DNA of 60,750 bases, filler included. It is 5 parts of 5 records of this genome, joined end to end, with 100 filler letters (N's around TTAATTAATTAA, not from the genome) between each part and the next. Parts side by side here need not be neighbours in the genome. Positions count along the whole stretch, not along the records: positions 53,241 to 60,750 come from SRR31156797_14122; 4 more parts are not named here. The stretch is one strand, 5' to 3'. The notes under the pieces are model-generated. The model was not told where the DNA came from and did not search any database. It saw nothing but the letters and a program-made list of their open reading frames with translations. Positions 59,283-60,750 of this stretch are shown here, in pieces. Every line of letters begins with the position of its first letter. Within the stretch, counting starts at the first letter, position 1. The position numbers were made by a program, and so were the translations under genes.

Positions 59283-60236
59283 ATGAGTTTAAAAGAATAC
59301 AAATTAGATAAATTAAATAACAAACACATGCTTACCCTTGCCGAATATTCCAAGGAAGAAATTATGGCAATTCTGGCACTTGCTCTGGAGATAAAAGAAA
59401 AACGTGCAAAAGGTATAGAACATAAGCCGCTAGCTGGCAAAACATTGGCAATGATATTTGCTAAATCATCAACACGTACAAGAGTATCATTTGAACAGGG
59501 GGTATTAGAACTAGGAGGATACGGTATGTTCCTTTCATCCAATGATATTCAATTAGGCCGCGGCGAGCCAATCAGTGATACTGCAAGGGTTCTCTCCCGC
59601 ATGGTAGACGGCATCATGATACGTACGTTTAAGCAGTCAGATGTTGAGGATTTAGCTAAGTATGGTTCGATTTCTGTTATCAACGGCTTAACAGATGACT
59701 ACCATCCATGTCAGGCATTGGCAGATGTTTTGACAATCTATGAGAAGAAAGGTAAAATAAAAGGGTTAAAATTCGCTTTCTTAGGCGATGGCAACAACAT
59801 GGCTAATTCCCTGATGATAATCTGCGCAAAGCTGGGTATAAACTTTGCAATCGCTTCACCTGAGGCATACAAGGTTGATGAAGATGTAATGCATATGGCG
59901 ATGGACTTTGCCAAAGAAGCCGGAAGCGAAATATTGATTACTCAGAATGCACAATTAGCTGCAAAGGACGCTGATGTCATTTACACAGATGTATTTGCAA
60001 GCATGGGGCAGGAAGAAGAAAGCAAAGAACGCCTTGCTGCAATGATGCCGTATCAGGTAAACAGCGAGATAATGAGCTTTGCCAAGCCTGACGCAATATT
60101 CCTTCACTGTCTGCCTGCTCACAGGGGTGAAGAAGTGACAGCGGAGGTTATTGATGGGCCCCAGTCATTCGTATTTGACCAAGCAGAAAATCGCCTTCAT
60201 GCACAGAAAGCATTGATGGAGCTATTAATGAAATAA
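59283..60236 (+). CDS. argF: Ornithine carbamoyltransferase
   Basis: SSTRTRVSF, HPCQ, GDGNN, SMG and HCLPAHRGEE. Start at ATG 59283 after GGAG. Confidence 0.97.
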   Translation: MSLKEYKLDKLNNKHMLTLAEYSKEEIMAILALALEIKEKRAKGIEHKPLAGKTLAMIFAKSSTRTRVSFEQGVLELGGYGMFLSSNDIQLGRGEPISDTARVLSRMVDGIMIRTFKQSDVEDLAKYGSISVINGLTDDYHPCQALADVLTIYEKKGKIKGLKFAFLGDGNNMANSLMIICAKLGINFAIASPEAYKVDEDVMHMAMDFAKEAGSEILITQNAQLAAKDADVIYTDVFASMGQEEESKERLAAMMPYQVNSEIMSFAKPDAIFLHCLPAHRGEEVTAEVIDGPQSFVFDQAENRLHAQKALMELLMK

Positions 60237-60706
60237 TGGACAATGTAACAATAAAGATAAGAAAAGCGACCCAAAACGATATCAGAGCCATCTCCAATGT
60301 ACTGAAGATGGCTTTTTCTGATTATTTCAAGGTTTTGGGTGTGAAAATCCCTACGGTTAGTGAAGCTGATGAGGATATTTTGCGTGAAATAGAAAATAAG
60401 AATGTATATGTAGCACTTGCAAATAATATGCTGATTGTTGGTACGATACGTTTTGAGATTATTGATGATATGTGCTACATCTCTCGCTTCGGTATTCTTC
60501 CCAAATGGCAGTCCTCTGGGTGCGGAAAAATGCTCCTTGCTAAAGTGGAGGAATTCTGCAATGAAAAAGGAATTAAATATCTTTCCCTCCACACTGCAAC
60601 CAAGCTGAAAAAGCAGATAATGTATTATTACTCTCAAGGCTTCTATATTGCTGGAATAAATTCAGATAAAGGCTATATCCGAGGACATTTAATTAAAGAA
60701 TTATAA
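60236..60706 (+). CDS. GNAT family N-acetyltransferase, translationally coupled to argF
   Basis: IRKAT..D and acetyl-CoA motif QSSGCGK. TAATG stop/start overlap with argF. Confidence 0.85.
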   Translation: MDNVTIKIRKATQNDIRAISNVLKMAFSDYFKVLGVKIPTVSEADEDILREIENKNVYVALANNMLIVGTIRFEIIDDMCYISRFGILPKWQSSGCGKMLLAKVEEFCNEKGIKYLSLHTATKLKKQIMYYYSQGFYIAGINSDKGYIRGHLIKEL

Positions 60707-60750
60707 ATTTTATATATTGACCCAATTGCTTTTTAGTGCTAACCTAGTTT

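Noticed and set aside
1-60750. CRISPR arrays, tRNA/rRNA genes, transposases and prophage genes
   Set aside because: No regularly spaced repeats, cloverleaf-like sequences or mobile-element ORFs were found by inspection. A covariance-model search was not possible.

Overview
This window is a concatenation of five unrelated contigs joined by artificial 100-nt linkers (N44-TTAATTAATTAA-N44 at 11364-11463, 38973-39072, 46409-46508, 53141-53240). Taxonomic labels are inferred from gene content and composition. (1) 1-11363: accessory or detoxification region of a Desulfobacterota-like bacterium with MocR, MBL hydrolase, MarR, an old yellow enzyme plus NemR-like TetR, SDR, Crp/Fnr, HAD, a CatA-like acetyltransferase, truncated PhzF, a divergent NDK-fold protein, META, YbiI-like and EamA genes. 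(2) 11464-38972: Desulfovibrionaceae-like sulfate reducer with dsrK, dsrM, RsbRD-N, PAS-GGDEF, trmI, two histidine kinases, radical SAM, rne/rng, a DUF1007-RcnA fusion, Lrp-ald, SLT-LysM, PhoH, a glycosyltransferase, flgM-like, htpG and others. (3) 39073-46408: spirochaete-like contig with TPR-GAF-GGDEF, a transglutaminase-like TPR protein, an Ig-like lipoprotein, OsmC and DUF3754. (4) 46509-53140: dcw cluster murE-murF-mraY-murD-ftsW-murG-murC. (5) 53241-60750: low-GC clostridia-like atpB-E-F-H-A and argC-B-D-F-GNAT. The best candidate for an undescribed feature is a gene the ORF track truncates: 29456-29803 (+), a DUF3088-like, probably thioredoxin-fold protein. An in-frame UGA replaces the first Cys of its CxxC (U-P-E-C) and is followed by a bacterial SECIS-like hairpin, making it a predicted selenoprotein. 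Other leads are a possible c-di-GMP / transglutaminase-like / Ig-lipoprotein surface system, the divergent NDK-fold protein, CsrA-type hairpins in the flgM leader, a half-size ATP synthase delta subunit and an argJ-less arg operon carrying a GNAT.
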